From assembly GCA_031271165.1 (NCBI GenBank), contig JAISWF010000125.1, positions 2,747-66,746 on the forward strand: a DNA stretch of 64,000 nucleotides, read 5' to 3'. The translations under genes were made by a program, and so were the position numbers. Positions 49,171 to 58,629 of this stretch are shown here, piece by piece. Positions within the stretch are counted from its first letter, which is position 1; the number at the start of each line of letters is the position of its first letter. Source of the stretch: Deltaproteobacteria bacterium. Its GTDB lineage: Bacteria; Desulfobacterota; Desulfarculia; Adiutricales; Adiutricaceae. The notes beneath the pieces were generated by a model. That model was given only the letters and a program-made list of their open reading frames with translations. It was not told where the DNA came from and searched no databases.

Positions 49171-49913
49171 TGCCGCATATTTACGACCAAGACCGATTTC
49201 AAACCGAACCCTCGGCGGTTTTGTTGGACTTAGACAACACTCTCTATCCTTTCGAGCCAGCCCATTCGGCGGCCGAGAGCGAAGTACTGGCTATGGCCGC
49301 TCAACAAATGGGGCTGGCGGTCAAACATGTCCGGGCCGCTTTTAGCCAAGCCCGCCAAGATGTCAAAAAAAGGCTGGGCCCGGTCGCCTCCAGCCACAAC
49401 CGCCTTTTGTACTTCAGCCGAGGCATTGAAAGTTTGGGACGAAAAGCTCAGCCGCTTCTGGCTCTGACCTTGGAGCAAACCTACTGGAACGTTTTTTTTC
49501 AGAACATCCGCCTTTTCGATGATGTCATTTTATTTTTGACGGCTTTGAAAGGCTCTGGGATTCCGATTTGCCTGGTAACGGATCTGACGGCGGAGGTCCA
49601 ATACCGCAAAATTCTCTTTTTAGAACTGGAAAACTACTTTGACTATATTGTAACCAGCGAGGACAGCGGCCGAGACAAACCCGATCCCGCCTCCTTCCGC
49701 CTGGCCCTGGAACTGCTCCAAATTCCCCCAGAGCGGGTTTGGATGATCGGCGATAACCCACAAACCGACATTGACGGAGGCCGGGCCAGCGGGCTGACGA
49801 CGCTGTTGAAAAAAAACGGGCCTTTTATGTCGGCTTCCCAGGCTCATCTGGATTTTGACAGATTTGCCGACCTCCATAAGTTTATGCGGGACCGAAAATG
49901 GGTTTTGTATTAA
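49170..49913 (+). CDS. HAD-superfamily hydrolase (phosphatase-like)
   Basis: Motif I LLDLDNTLY, motif II VTDL, motif III K (RDKPDP), motif IV MIGDNPQTDIDG. There is a 1-nt overlap with the previous gene. Confidence 0.8.
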   Translation: MPHIYDQDRFQTEPSAVLLDLDNTLYPFEPAHSAAESEVLAMAAQQMGLAVKHVRAAFSQARQDVKKRLGPVASSHNRLLYFSRGIESLGRKAQPLLALTLEQTYWNVFFQNIRLFDDVILFLTALKGSGIPICLVTDLTAEVQYRKILFLELENYFDYIVTSEDSGRDKPDPASFRLALELLQIPPERVWMIGDNPQTDIDGGRASGLTTLLKKNGPFMSASQAHLDFDRFADLHKFMRDRKWVLY

Positions 49914-50322
49914 AAATTAAGAGATAAATAACTTTTAGGCCTAATAATTATAATAACAATACCAGCAAACAATCTAAATCAAAAAAAATTATTATATTTT
50001 GTTTTTTATATTTCGTTTATTATCAATAGGCACCCACATTAACCTTAATAGGCCAAGGGACAAATATGAAGCTCCTAATGGAACTATAATTAAATTAGCT
50101 ATTCAAAAAAGCCGAAGATCGACTAACATAGTATTATATCAAAACAGAAAACAATATTAAAAAGAATACAATTTCATTTACTGAATACTAATTCATTAAT
50201 GCAATATTAATTTCTAAAGCAACTTCTAATATAAAAAAATAGAATTTTATTGTGCTCAAACACAAATGAAATACTTAAGAGCGATAATAATAACTATTTA
50301 CCCATAAAAAAATCTTTACCTG

Positions 50323-50351
50323 TTGAGTCAAACATTGCTTGCAAGTATAAT
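50323..50351 (+). promoter_or_regulatory. Near-consensus sigma70-type promoter inside the AT-rich block
   Basis: TTGAGT-n17-TATAAT, about 125 nt upstream of the ORF starting at 50477. Confidence 0.4.
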
Positions 50352-50476
50352 TTTTATCATAATTTAAAGTTAATGACTATGCTAATAAATGTAATATTAA
50401 TCTTAAAATCTTTTAACATATTGGCCGGCGAATTGTCAGTTCTGACTGTGGCTAGGACGATGAGTTCCAAAAAATA

Positions 50477-50857
50477 ATGGCGGTCTGCGGCGTTAAAGTG
50501 TTGTCGGAAACTACCAATAAAATTTTGCCAATAGAAAAATTCTTCTCAATCCTACTCTCGCCCCGCCTGGAGTTTACCAATGAATTAGGGCCTTTAGATT
50601 TTGACCTCGTTGTTTCCAATCATGCCCAAGGCGGTATATGGAGCCATGCGTTGATCTTTAAAACTGGATTATTCGCCCCAGATCAGGGAATTTTACCCAA
50701 ATATACCAACAGGGAATACTACTATTGGGCCACACTGAGCCAATTGTCAGCCCCAGGGCTGGCCCGGCAATCTTCCTCTATCCCGAGGGCAATCAACCAA
50801 CCTGAGATTGCAGTAATAACGGTTATGGCCCAACAACAGCCCGAAAACCGACGGTAG
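50477..50857 (+). CDS. Hypothetical protein (126 aa), no recognisable motif
   Basis: This ORF has normal window-like composition immediately after the AT-rich block, and a promoter-like element lies upstream. I see no homology. Confidence 0.4.
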   Translation: MAVCGVKVLSETTNKILPIEKFFSILLSPRLEFTNELGPLDFDLVVSNHAQGGIWSHALIFKTGLFAPDQGILPKYTNREYYYWATLSQLSAPGLARQSSSIPRAINQPEIAVITVMAQQQPENRR

Positions 50858-50980
50858 TAGTTAAATCTGGAAAATTTTTCCGCAGCTCATCGCTGGTTAA
50901 CCTCGGTACTGCCTGGGTCCCCGCCCCACCGGTATTGACCGAACCAAACTCCCTTAACCAAATCAGACCCGGTGCTATGG

Positions 50981-52207
50981 ATGAAAATTAAAAATACTGA
51001 TACTTATTTTTTCGAAACTCAAAACGGCGTCGCCAAGCTGTGGACAGCGGGCTTCAGGGCTTTTCTCTGTCTAAACGTCTTTATTTTCCTGGGCTTTGAC
51101 GTTCTTCTGCCCACTCTAACCCTATATCTGGAGGGTCACGGTCACTCAAGGGACGCCATCGGCCGAATTTTTAGTTTTTTCATGATCGCCGCCATCATCA
51201 TGAGGATGATGGCCCCCAGGCTGGTGCTGTTGGTCAGGCCCTTTCTCCTGGTCAGACTCGGACTCCTGATCGGATCTCTGGCGGTGGTCGGTTATTATTT
51301 CGGACACTCGGCCCCGGCCGCCAGCACCGCCCGATTTTTCCATGGCCTTGGTTTCGGCATCACCTCCACTATTCTGACAGCCATGGCCGCCCAAACCATC
51401 CCCGCTCCCAAGATGGCCCAAGGCATGGGCTTTCTGGGTCTGGGAACCATTTTGACTCTAGCCTTGGGACCGTCTTTAGGCATCTGGCTTAAAGATCACC
51501 TCGGCTACCTGCCCCTGTTTCTGACTGTGGCCGGAATTTATCTGGCCGGACTTCTTTGGACCTTAAAAATGCCCGATCTGAAACTGTCCGCCCCGCCGGA
51601 AGGCCAGAAAAGACCCAAACTGGTTCTCCTTAGCCGGCTGGCCCTGGCCCCATCTTTTTTGATGTTTATGATCGGGATCTCAATCAGCTCGGTGGCCATA
51701 TACATTGCCCTGTACTTCAATGAAATGGGACTGGCCTACAGCGGCCGATTTTTCGGCCTTTCCACCATCGGCATCCTCATTGCCAGAGTTTTTGCCGGTC
51801 GAATTCAGGACCGTCATGGGCACCGCTGGGTGCTGACCCCGGCTATAATACTAATGACCACATCGGTGCTGATGATCCCCAGGGTGACCGGACCGGTCAG
51901 CCTCTTTTTGGCCGCAGTCATGTGGGGGCTCTCCACCGGCTCACTGTTTCCCAGCGTCCAGGCCATGTCTTTTTCCTCCGTTCCCGCCCACGGTCGGACG
52001 GAAGTGGCCTCATCAGTCTTTAACGCCTTTGATCTGGGCATGGGCACAGGCTCGGTCGTTTTTGGCCTTTTGTGCGAATATTTCCACACCTACCGGGCTG
52101 CCTATTGGGGAAACACCGTCAACCTTCTAGGCCTGTTGGCTTTTTACTTGATTTACTATTTTGCCCTCCATCCGGAACACCCCCGAACATCCAAAAAACC
52201 GGTTTAA
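50981..52207 (+). CDS. MFS transporter
   Basis: About 12 hydrophobic segments and an MFS loop-2/3-like motif (GHSRDAIGRIFSFFMIAAIIMRMMAPRL). I prefer the ATG at 50981 over the GTG at 50972. Confidence 0.8.
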   Translation: MKIKNTDTYFFETQNGVAKLWTAGFRAFLCLNVFIFLGFDVLLPTLTLYLEGHGHSRDAIGRIFSFFMIAAIIMRMMAPRLVLLVRPFLLVRLGLLIGSLAVVGYYFGHSAPAASTARFFHGLGFGITSTILTAMAAQTIPAPKMAQGMGFLGLGTILTLALGPSLGIWLKDHLGYLPLFLTVAGIYLAGLLWTLKMPDLKLSAPPEGQKRPKLVLLSRLALAPSFLMFMIGISISSVAIYIALYFNEMGLAYSGRFFGLSTIGILIARVFAGRIQDRHGHRWVLTPAIILMTTSVLMIPRVTGPVSLFLAAVMWGLSTGSLFPSVQAMSFSSVPAHGRTEVASSVFNAFDLGMGTGSVVFGLLCEYFHTYRAAYWGNTVNLLGLLAFYLIYYFALHPEHPRTSKKPV

Positions 52208-52234
52208 TATTCCGATCACACTTTATAAAACGGC

Positions 52235-52903
52235 TCAGGAGCGGCCCTTAAAGCCCAGTCCCAGAATAAATATTTCCGTACTCTGGCCTCGGGTCGCCTT
52301 GGGCTTGAGCCTGACCTGACGGCTAAAAAAAGGAGCCAGCTGCTTAACCAACTCGTCGGCCTCCGGACTTTCAAAAACCTTAAACAAATAGAATCCGCCT
52401 GCTCGCAAATATTGCTCAGTCACCGCCCAAGCGGCCTGACAAAGTTCGAGGCTCCGGGCCTGATCGACCTCCCGGCGGCCGGTAGTCTTAGGGGCCATAT
52501 CCGACAAAACTACGTCAAATGGTTTCATATCAGAAAGCTGACTGGGAATTGGTTCCAAAAGATCGGCTACCAGCAGCCGGACCCAGGGCGGAAATCCCCC
52601 CTGACTAGGAGCCTTAAGATCGAGCCCGACTACCAGGCCTCTGGGTCCGACCTTTTGGGCCGCATAAAGGGTCCAACCGCCTGGAGCACAGCCGAGATCG
52701 AGAACTTTCAGCTCTGGCCGAAAGAGTTTATATTTTTGGTCAAATTCGCCCAATTTATAGACCGAACGGGCTGGATAGCCTTCTTTGCGAGCTAAGCGGC
52801 TGTAATGGTCATCTAAACGGCGGCGATCTTTTATGGTCAAGGCGCAATCCTTTAATTTATTCCCCAGTACGCTCACTAGTTCACCAGCAATGGGCTGAGT
52901 CAT
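52235..52903 (-). CDS. rlmE: 23S rRNA U2552 2'-O-ribose methyltransferase (RlmE/FtsJ family)
   Basis: ARSVYKLGEFDQKYKLF ... VLDLGCAPGGW ... VVLSDMAPKTTG ... FKVF are the FtsJ-family signatures. Confidence 0.85.
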   Translation of the reverse strand: MTQPIAGELVSVLGNKLKDCALTIKDRRRLDDHYSRLARKEGYPARSVYKLGEFDQKYKLFRPELKVLDLGCAPGGWTLYAAQKVGPRGLVVGLDLKAPSQGGFPPWVRLLVADLLEPIPSQLSDMKPFDVVLSDMAPKTTGRREVDQARSLELCQAAWAVTEQYLRAGGFYLFKVFESPEADELVKQLAPFFSRQVRLKPKATRGQSTEIFILGLGFKGRS

Positions 52904-53075
52904 GGTGTGGAAAAAGCTAGGGGATTAAGACGGCCGAGGCCTCGGCTGGCTCTTTAACTGACCAAGAGAGCCTATATTTTCAGCCCCCGATGGTTTGGGC
53001 CTTGGCGGCCATGGCCAGCTTTTAACCAAAGGCCAAGCCCAAGGAAAGTCACCCGCAAAAAAACTAAACCGGGCG

Positions 53076-53105
53076 TTGACTTTAAAGGCCGAAAAAGGAC
53101 ATAAT
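53076..53105 (+). promoter_or_regulatory. Sigma70-like promoter in the rlmE-tsaE divergent spacer
   Basis: TTGACT-n18-CATAAT. It would give a ~240-nt leader before tsaE. Confidence 0.35.
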
Positions 53106-53354
53106 ACCGACTTATCCGCCCTTCTCCGCCCAAGCGGCTGGACTAGCCGGTCAAAAAGCCGGAGAAAAACTAAAAGAAACAACGGCGAGCCAAAGGGGGC
53201 CGGAAATAGTCAACCAGGACCCCAGGGTTGGCCGCCGATTAAATCAGGGATTGTCCACCAATCCCTCCTTGGCCTGGCTCTTACTAACGCCTGGGCCTGT
53301 TTAACGGTAACGATTATACCCCAAAATATCCAATATTTTCCCGGAGAAATTTAT

Positions 53355-53831
53355 CTGCCTGACCCGGAGGCTACTCGCACCGCTGGTGCGGCCATTGGCC
53401 AAGCCATGCGCCAATGGCCGGACTCCAAACAGGTCGTAACCCTGCAAGGCCCCTTAGGGGCCGGTAAAACCACCCTGTGCCAAGGACTGGCTGAAGCTCT
53501 GGGGGTGACCTTTGACCAGGTGGTCAGCCCGACCTTTACTTTGGTCAACGTTTACAAAGGCCTTCGGACGATATATCATCTTGATCTTTACCGTTTCGGA
53601 GACCAACCAGCGGAGGAATTCTACGGGGCGGGGCTTGATGAGTATTTATGGCAAGACATCTGTCTGGTAGAATGGGCCGACCGTCTGACCGACGACTTTT
53701 GGCCGAAAGAGAGATTGGATTTGGAAGTAGATTATAACGACGCCGGTCGTTGGCTCCGGGCCCGCGGCTCAACTGAACCGGCTTGGACCCTTTGGCAGGC
53801 GGCGGTCAACGCCTTTGGTAATCCGGAATAG
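53355..53831 (+). CDS. tsaE: tRNA t6A37 biosynthesis ATPase TsaE (YjeE)
   Basis: GPLGAGKTTLCQGLA (P-loop), VVSPTFTLVN, HLDLYRF and CLVEWAD. The start is uncertain: my proposed CTG at 53355 lies 8 nt after GGAG, while the track ORF starts at the TTG at 52995. Confidence 0.75.
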   Translation: MPDPEATRTAGAAIGQAMRQWPDSKQVVTLQGPLGAGKTTLCQGLAEALGVTFDQVVSPTFTLVNVYKGLRTIYHLDLYRFGDQPAEEFYGAGLDEYLWQDICLVEWADRLTDDFWPKERLDLEVDYNDAGRWLRARGSTEPAWTLWQAAVNAFGNPE

Positions 53832-53832
53832 T

Positions 53833-55074
53833 ATGGCCAGAATAATTCAAAAATACGGCGGCAGTTCGGTCGCTACGGTCGAACTGATCAAAGAAGTGGC
53901 CAAAAGGGCCATAACTGCCAAAAACGAAGGCAACGAAGTGGTGGTAGTGCTGTCGGCCATGAAAGGCGACACCGACCGCCTGTTAAAACTGGCCCACAGC
54001 CTTCATCCGTCCCCCGAACCACGGGAGTTGGACAATCTGCTGATCACTGGTGAAGTCATCTCGGTTTCCCTTTTTGCCATGGCCTGCCAAAGCCTCGGGG
54101 AAAAGGTCAAGAGCTTTTTGGGCTTTCAAGCCGGGATCAAAACCGACGATGCCCACGGCCGAGCCCGCATCCTGGAGGTTGAACCGGCCAGGATCAAAAC
54201 CGAACTGGCCAAAGGACGAATTGCCGTGGTGGCCGGCTTTCAGGGCATCAACCGCTTCAACGATCTGACCACCTTGGGCCGCGGGGGTTCGGACACTACG
54301 GCCGTCGCCCTGGCTGTCGCCTTAGGCGCTGACATCTGCGAGATCTATACTGACGTGGACGGTATTTACACTACCGATCCCCACATCCACAAAAACGCTC
54401 GTAAAATCGACAAGATCTGTTACGAGGAAATGCTTGAACTGGCCTCTCTCGGGGCCAAAGTAATGGAAATCAGGAGCGTTGAGCTGGGACTGAACTATGG
54501 AGTGAAAATCCACGTCCGTCATGCCCATTCCCAAGCTACCGGCACCTTAATCGTCGAAGAGGATTCCGATATGGAAAAAACACCGGTCCGGGGGGTGACC
54601 CATTCAGTCAACGAGGCCAGAATTACCCTGCAAAGAGTTCCCGACAAACCCGGGGTCGCCGCCCGCATCCTGAGCCTGATTTCCAAGGCCGGCATCGTGG
54701 TGGATATGATCATCCAAAACCAGTCCGTCTCCAGCGAACCCATCGACGGAATCACCCACTGGACCGATTTTTCCTTTACTGTACCGGCGACCGACTTTGC
54801 CAAGACCATGGAACTCATGAAGGAAACGGGCCGGGAGATAGAGGTCGGCCAAGTGGTTGGTGATGACAACATCGCCAAAGTTTCCATCGTCGGTGTCGGC
54901 ATGCGCAACCACGCCGGGGTAGCCACGCTGATGTTTCAGACTATGGCCCGTGAGGGCATCAATATCTCAATGATCTCCACTTCGGAAATCAAAATCAGCT
55001 GCATTATTGAAAAAAAATACGCCGAATTGGCGGTCAGAAGCCTCCACGACGCCTTTGAACTGGAAAAAGCCTGA
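53833..55074 (+). CDS. lysC: Aspartate kinase
   Basis: IIQKYGGSSV N-terminus, TTLGRGGSDTTAVALA, and two C-terminal ACT domains. The ATG lies 2 nt after the tsaE stop. Confidence 0.9.
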   Translation: MARIIQKYGGSSVATVELIKEVAKRAITAKNEGNEVVVVLSAMKGDTDRLLKLAHSLHPSPEPRELDNLLITGEVISVSLFAMACQSLGEKVKSFLGFQAGIKTDDAHGRARILEVEPARIKTELAKGRIAVVAGFQGINRFNDLTTLGRGGSDTTAVALAVALGADICEIYTDVDGIYTTDPHIHKNARKIDKICYEEMLELASLGAKVMEIRSVELGLNYGVKIHVRHAHSQATGTLIVEEDSDMEKTPVRGVTHSVNEARITLQRVPDKPGVAARILSLISKAGIVVDMIIQNQSVSSEPIDGITHWTDFSFTVPATDFAKTMELMKETGREIEVGQVVGDDNIAKVSIVGVGMRNHAGVATLMFQTMAREGINISMISTSEIKISCIIEKKYAELAVRSLHDAFELEKA

Positions 55075-55093
55075 GACGCTTGGCAACCCTTTT

Positions 55094-55903
55094 TTAGCTG
55101 TCCCGGCCGACTTCTTGGTCAGAGTCCTGGTAGCTTTCACCCTCTGAGAAATTTTCTTGGTTCATTTGCCTGACCCAGTTCAAGGTCCGGGTCTTGGTCT
55201 GACTTATGCCTTCACTGGTGCGGTCGGGATCGATCCAGGCCAGATAGATAAACTTGTCACTGACTCTTAAGGCGGTGAGGGTGACAAAGTTTTCGTTTTT
55301 CTGGCCATAGAGGTTCGAGGAAGCCAGAACTGAATAGGAAACACTCCGGTCGTTTTCGTCAAATTTGCCGACAAATTCTCCCAAACCCTGGTAACGAAAT
55401 CCCAGATCGAGCCCCAGTTTTTCCCTGAGTTTGGCGTTGGCCCGGTTGCCAAAAATCGAAACTAGCGGCCGAGTGTTGATGGCCAAGCTGACTAGGTTGT
55501 TGAGTTTGCGCCTTTCCTTGGCTGCCCTTTTGTCATCGTAGCTTTTGCCGTCCATTCGGGTGGTCACCCCAATCGCCGCCAGCGGGGGGATGCTTCGAGG
55601 TTCCTTTACGGCCAGCCCGTCGACAAAATACTGCCATTGCTCGGGATCGGCATACATGGCCAAAACCCTAAGTTTAAAACGCTCCTTGATCAGCTCAATA
55701 AATTGATCGGCCTCTGGACATTGTCCATCAACCTTTATCAAACCCTCCGGCCCGATCAGGCTAACCTCCACGCTTCCCACCATGGCCCGATTACCTCCAG
55801 GCTCCTCGGCCGCCCCGGCCTCGGTCACCGGTGACAAGGCGGCCAAAAAAACCAAAAACACTGAACCAAGAACAAAATATGATATAATTTTTAAGTCGGT
55901 CAT
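55094..55903 (-). CDS. Secreted hypothetical protein
   Basis: 269-aa ORF with an N-terminal signal peptide (IISYFVLGSVFLVFLAALSPVTEAGA). I recognise no motif. Confidence 0.5.
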   Translation of the reverse strand: MTDLKIISYFVLGSVFLVFLAALSPVTEAGAAEEPGGNRAMVGSVEVSLIGPEGLIKVDGQCPEADQFIELIKERFKLRVLAMYADPEQWQYFVDGLAVKEPRSIPPLAAIGVTTRMDGKSYDDKRAAKERRKLNNLVSLAINTRPLVSIFGNRANAKLREKLGLDLGFRYQGLGEFVGKFDENDRSVSYSVLASSNLYGQKNENFVTLTALRVSDKFIYLAWIDPDRTSEGISQTKTRTLNWVRQMNQENFSEGESYQDSDQEVGRDS

Positions 55904-56187
55904 AATCGGCCATTCCTCTGGCTTTTGAGATTTATAAATCTTGTGGCCGAAATTGGCTAGACCCTGGAGGTCAGGAGCCGGTTCCCTTTAAGGCCCCGGC
56001 ATTTGGCAATTGTGGCCCGAAAACTCGTCTGGCGAGGGGTCGCCCAATATTTTCACCCAGCAATACTTTGCAATTTTTGAGCCAAAGATCACCGCAGCTC
56101 CCTTCGGGGGCTCCGGCCTAGCCGCAGCGCCTCTTTGCTGATGCTCACATTCGGGTAATGACAGTAATATTTCGCCCTTGAGCCCTC

Positions 56188-56688
56188 TTGATGAGGAAAA
56201 AAATAACCACCGGATTAAAAATGAACCCCCGACGTTTCCGACCGGCCTTACGAGGCTGCTGGGTCATTTTGGCGGGTATCGCCATGGGGCCTTTGGTTTA
56301 TGTCTCAGGCCGGGCCCCGCTCGCCCATCAAGGACTGTGGCTGGCCATAAGTATATTATTTATAGGTCTTTTGGTCCACCGCCTGAGCTTGGTTTACCTT
56401 TTGACCGCCGAGAGCCTGACAATTTTCAGCTGGTGGGGCCTTGGCCGTCCGGAAAAGGTGACCCTTAAGGCCGTCGACAGGGTCGAAGTTATGCGCAGCT
56501 TGGCCATGACCGTTTGCGGCTGCGGCCACATAATCATCCGCTCGCATCTTCCCGACGAGAGCTCTCTGACTCTTCTGGCCCAGCCCAGAAGCGAAGCGCT
56601 GGCTCACGAGCTCCGAGAGCTTTCCGCTGCCGCCGGCTCAGCTGCCACTAACTGTCTTCCGAACCCTGACCAGGCCGCTCTGGACTGA
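56188..56688 (+). CDS. Small membrane protein, possibly bacterial PH-domain (YdbS/YdbT-like)
   Basis: Two N-terminal TM segments, then a ~70-aa soluble domain (LLTAESLTIFSWWGLGRPEKVTLKAVDRVEVMRS). The assignment is weak. Confidence 0.4.
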   Translation: MMRKKITTGLKMNPRRFRPALRGCWVILAGIAMGPLVYVSGRAPLAHQGLWLAISILFIGLLVHRLSLVYLLTAESLTIFSWWGLGRPEKVTLKAVDRVEVMRSLAMTVCGCGHIIIRSHLPDESSLTLLAQPRSEALAHELRELSAAAGSAATNCLPNPDQAALD

Positions 56689-56729
56689 GACTCGGAGCCC
56701 TCAATACAGATACTAAGGGAGCGCCTCGA

Positions 56730-57614
56730 TTGGCCCCAGCCAACAAAGATTATTACCGCCTGCTTCAGGTCTCTCCCAGCGCTGACCAAACGACCATCAA
56801 GAAGGCTTACCGCAAGATGGCCGTCCTTTGGCATCCTGACCGCAACCCCGACTCCACTGTCGCTGAGGAGCGCTTTAAATCCATTGCCGAGGCCTATGCT
56901 GTCTTAGGCGATCCCGTTAAGCGGCACCGTTACGATCAAATGGGCCCGGAGGCATTTTTCGGGGAATTCTCCACCGACGACATTTTTCAGGGTTTTGACT
57001 TAAGCGACTTATTTAAGGAGTTCGGGCTCGCCCCCATCAAAGAAACCCTTTTTTCCATTATTGATAAAGATGCCACCCCGACCGTTAAATCAGTTCCCTA
57101 TCAGGACTTTTTCTCAGAATTTGGACAAAAAAACACCCCTCGTAAGACGCCCGGAAAACCTCCAACCATTAACGTGACCGTGGCGGTGACTCTTAAGGAG
57201 GCCGTTTTCGGAGCCATCAAAGTCGCCGCCTACAATAGCAGTTCTGAAGTCGTCCGTTTCTATGTCACCGTACCCCAGGGGGCACACCAGGGGCAAGTCC
57301 TGATCATCCCCAAAAAGCCGGGCCGACTTGGGCAGCCCAGAAACGAACTAACAGTCACTCTAAACGTCTTGCCAGACCCGGCCTTTCAACGTCTTGGCCA
57401 CGATCTGCACACCAGCCTGACATTAACCTCCGCCGAACTGGCCATGGGCTGCCGACCGATGGTTCCGACTTTGGACGGCTCCCGCCTTCGCCTGACCGTC
57501 CCCCCTGGCACCCACTCCGGCCAAAAATTTAAGGCCGCCGGTCATGGGGTCCCTGGCCTGGACGGACGGCGGGGTGACCTTTTGATCTTGGTTACTCAGT
57601 CGACTGCCGGTTGA
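56730..57614 (+). CDS. DnaJ-class co-chaperone without zinc finger (CbpA-like)
   Basis: J-domain DYYRLLQVSPSADQTTIKKAYRKMAVLWHPDRNPD and DnaJ C-terminal beta domains. The start codon is TTG. Confidence 0.8.
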   Translation: MAPANKDYYRLLQVSPSADQTTIKKAYRKMAVLWHPDRNPDSTVAEERFKSIAEAYAVLGDPVKRHRYDQMGPEAFFGEFSTDDIFQGFDLSDLFKEFGLAPIKETLFSIIDKDATPTVKSVPYQDFFSEFGQKNTPRKTPGKPPTINVTVAVTLKEAVFGAIKVAAYNSSSEVVRFYVTVPQGAHQGQVLIIPKKPGRLGQPRNELTVTLNVLPDPAFQRLGHDLHTSLTLTSAELAMGCRPMVPTLDGSRLRLTVPPGTHSGQKFKAAGHGVPGLDGRRGDLLILVTQSTAG

Positions 57615-57658
57615 CCGCCGCCCTCTCATTTTATTGAACGAAACATTTGAGGATATAA

Positions 57659-58606
57659 ATGTACAAAGAAAAAACATTAGCCGTCGTAGTGCCGGCCTAC
57701 AATGAGGAAAAATTGATTGCCAGAGTCGTCCAAACCATGCCCGATTTTGTCGACTACATCATCGTGGTCGATGACTGCAGCTCCGACGGCACAGGCCAGG
57801 AGGCTCAAAGGTTAGGCCTCCTCGATCCCAGGATAGTGCTTTTAACCCATCCCAGCAACCAAGGCGTGGGCGGCGCCATCGCCTCCGGTTATAAATGGGC
57901 CCGGGACCATGACCTCGACATGACGGCGGTCATGGCTGGTGACGGCCAGATGGATCCAGCTGATTTACCGGCCCTGTGCGATCTGGTGGCCCTGGAAGGA
58001 GTCGATTACGCTAAGGGTAACCGCCTGGTATATGAGGAATCCTATAACCTGATTCCCAAAGTTAGATTTTACGGTAATGCCGTCTTATCCTTTCTCACCA
58101 AGATAGCCTCCGGCTATTGGCACATTGCCGACTCCCAGACCGGGTACACCGTTATCAGTCTCCGGGCCCTTAAAGCCATCGACTGGGACCAGATGTACAA
58201 ACGATACGGGCAACCCAACGATATTTTGGTCAAGCTCAATATTGAAAACATGAGAGTTAGAGACGTCCCCATCCGTCCAGTCTATAATGTCGGCGAGGTC
58301 AGTGGCTTTAAGCCCCGCCAAGTGCTGTGGCCCATCAGCCGCTTATTGATCAAAGGTTTTTGCTGGCGACTGTGGAAAAAATATATGATCCGCGACGCCC
58401 ATCCCCTGATCTTGTTTATCGCCATGGGCACAATCCTTTTTGGGTTAGGTTTTATTTTTTTATTAAGACTTATTTATTTATGGATATCGCAAGGCCAAAT
58501 GCCAGAAATAACTTTAATTATTATGCTTTTTAGTATTACTATCGGATTTCAATCTTTTTTATTTGGAATATGGATGGATAGAGATAAAAACAGAAACTTA
58601 AGATAA
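57659..58606 (+). CDS. Membrane-anchored family 2 glycosyltransferase (GtrB/ArnC/DPM-synthase-like)
   Basis: LAVVVPAYNEEKLI ... IIVVDDCSSDGT ... MAGDGQMDP, plus two C-terminal TM helices (LILFIAMGTILFGLGFIFLL and LIIMLFSITIGFQSFLFGIW). Confidence 0.8.
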   Translation: MYKEKTLAVVVPAYNEEKLIARVVQTMPDFVDYIIVVDDCSSDGTGQEAQRLGLLDPRIVLLTHPSNQGVGGAIASGYKWARDHDLDMTAVMAGDGQMDPADLPALCDLVALEGVDYAKGNRLVYEESYNLIPKVRFYGNAVLSFLTKIASGYWHIADSQTGYTVISLRALKAIDWDQMYKRYGQPNDILVKLNIENMRVRDVPIRPVYNVGEVSGFKPRQVLWPISRLLIKGFCWRLWKKYMIRDAHPLILFIAMGTILFGLGFIFLLRLIYLWISQGQMPEITLIIMLFSITIGFQSFLFGIWMDRDKNRNLR

Positions 58607-58629
58607 AACTACCACCTTTGGGCTGGCCT

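Noticed and set aside
52995-53354. Long N-terminal extension of TsaE from the TTG at 52995, as given in the ORF track.
   Set aside because: The extension is basic and low-complexity. It overlaps the divergent promoter region and a promoter-like element, and known TsaE proteins are about 150-160 aa. I keep it as an alternative in the tsaE finding.
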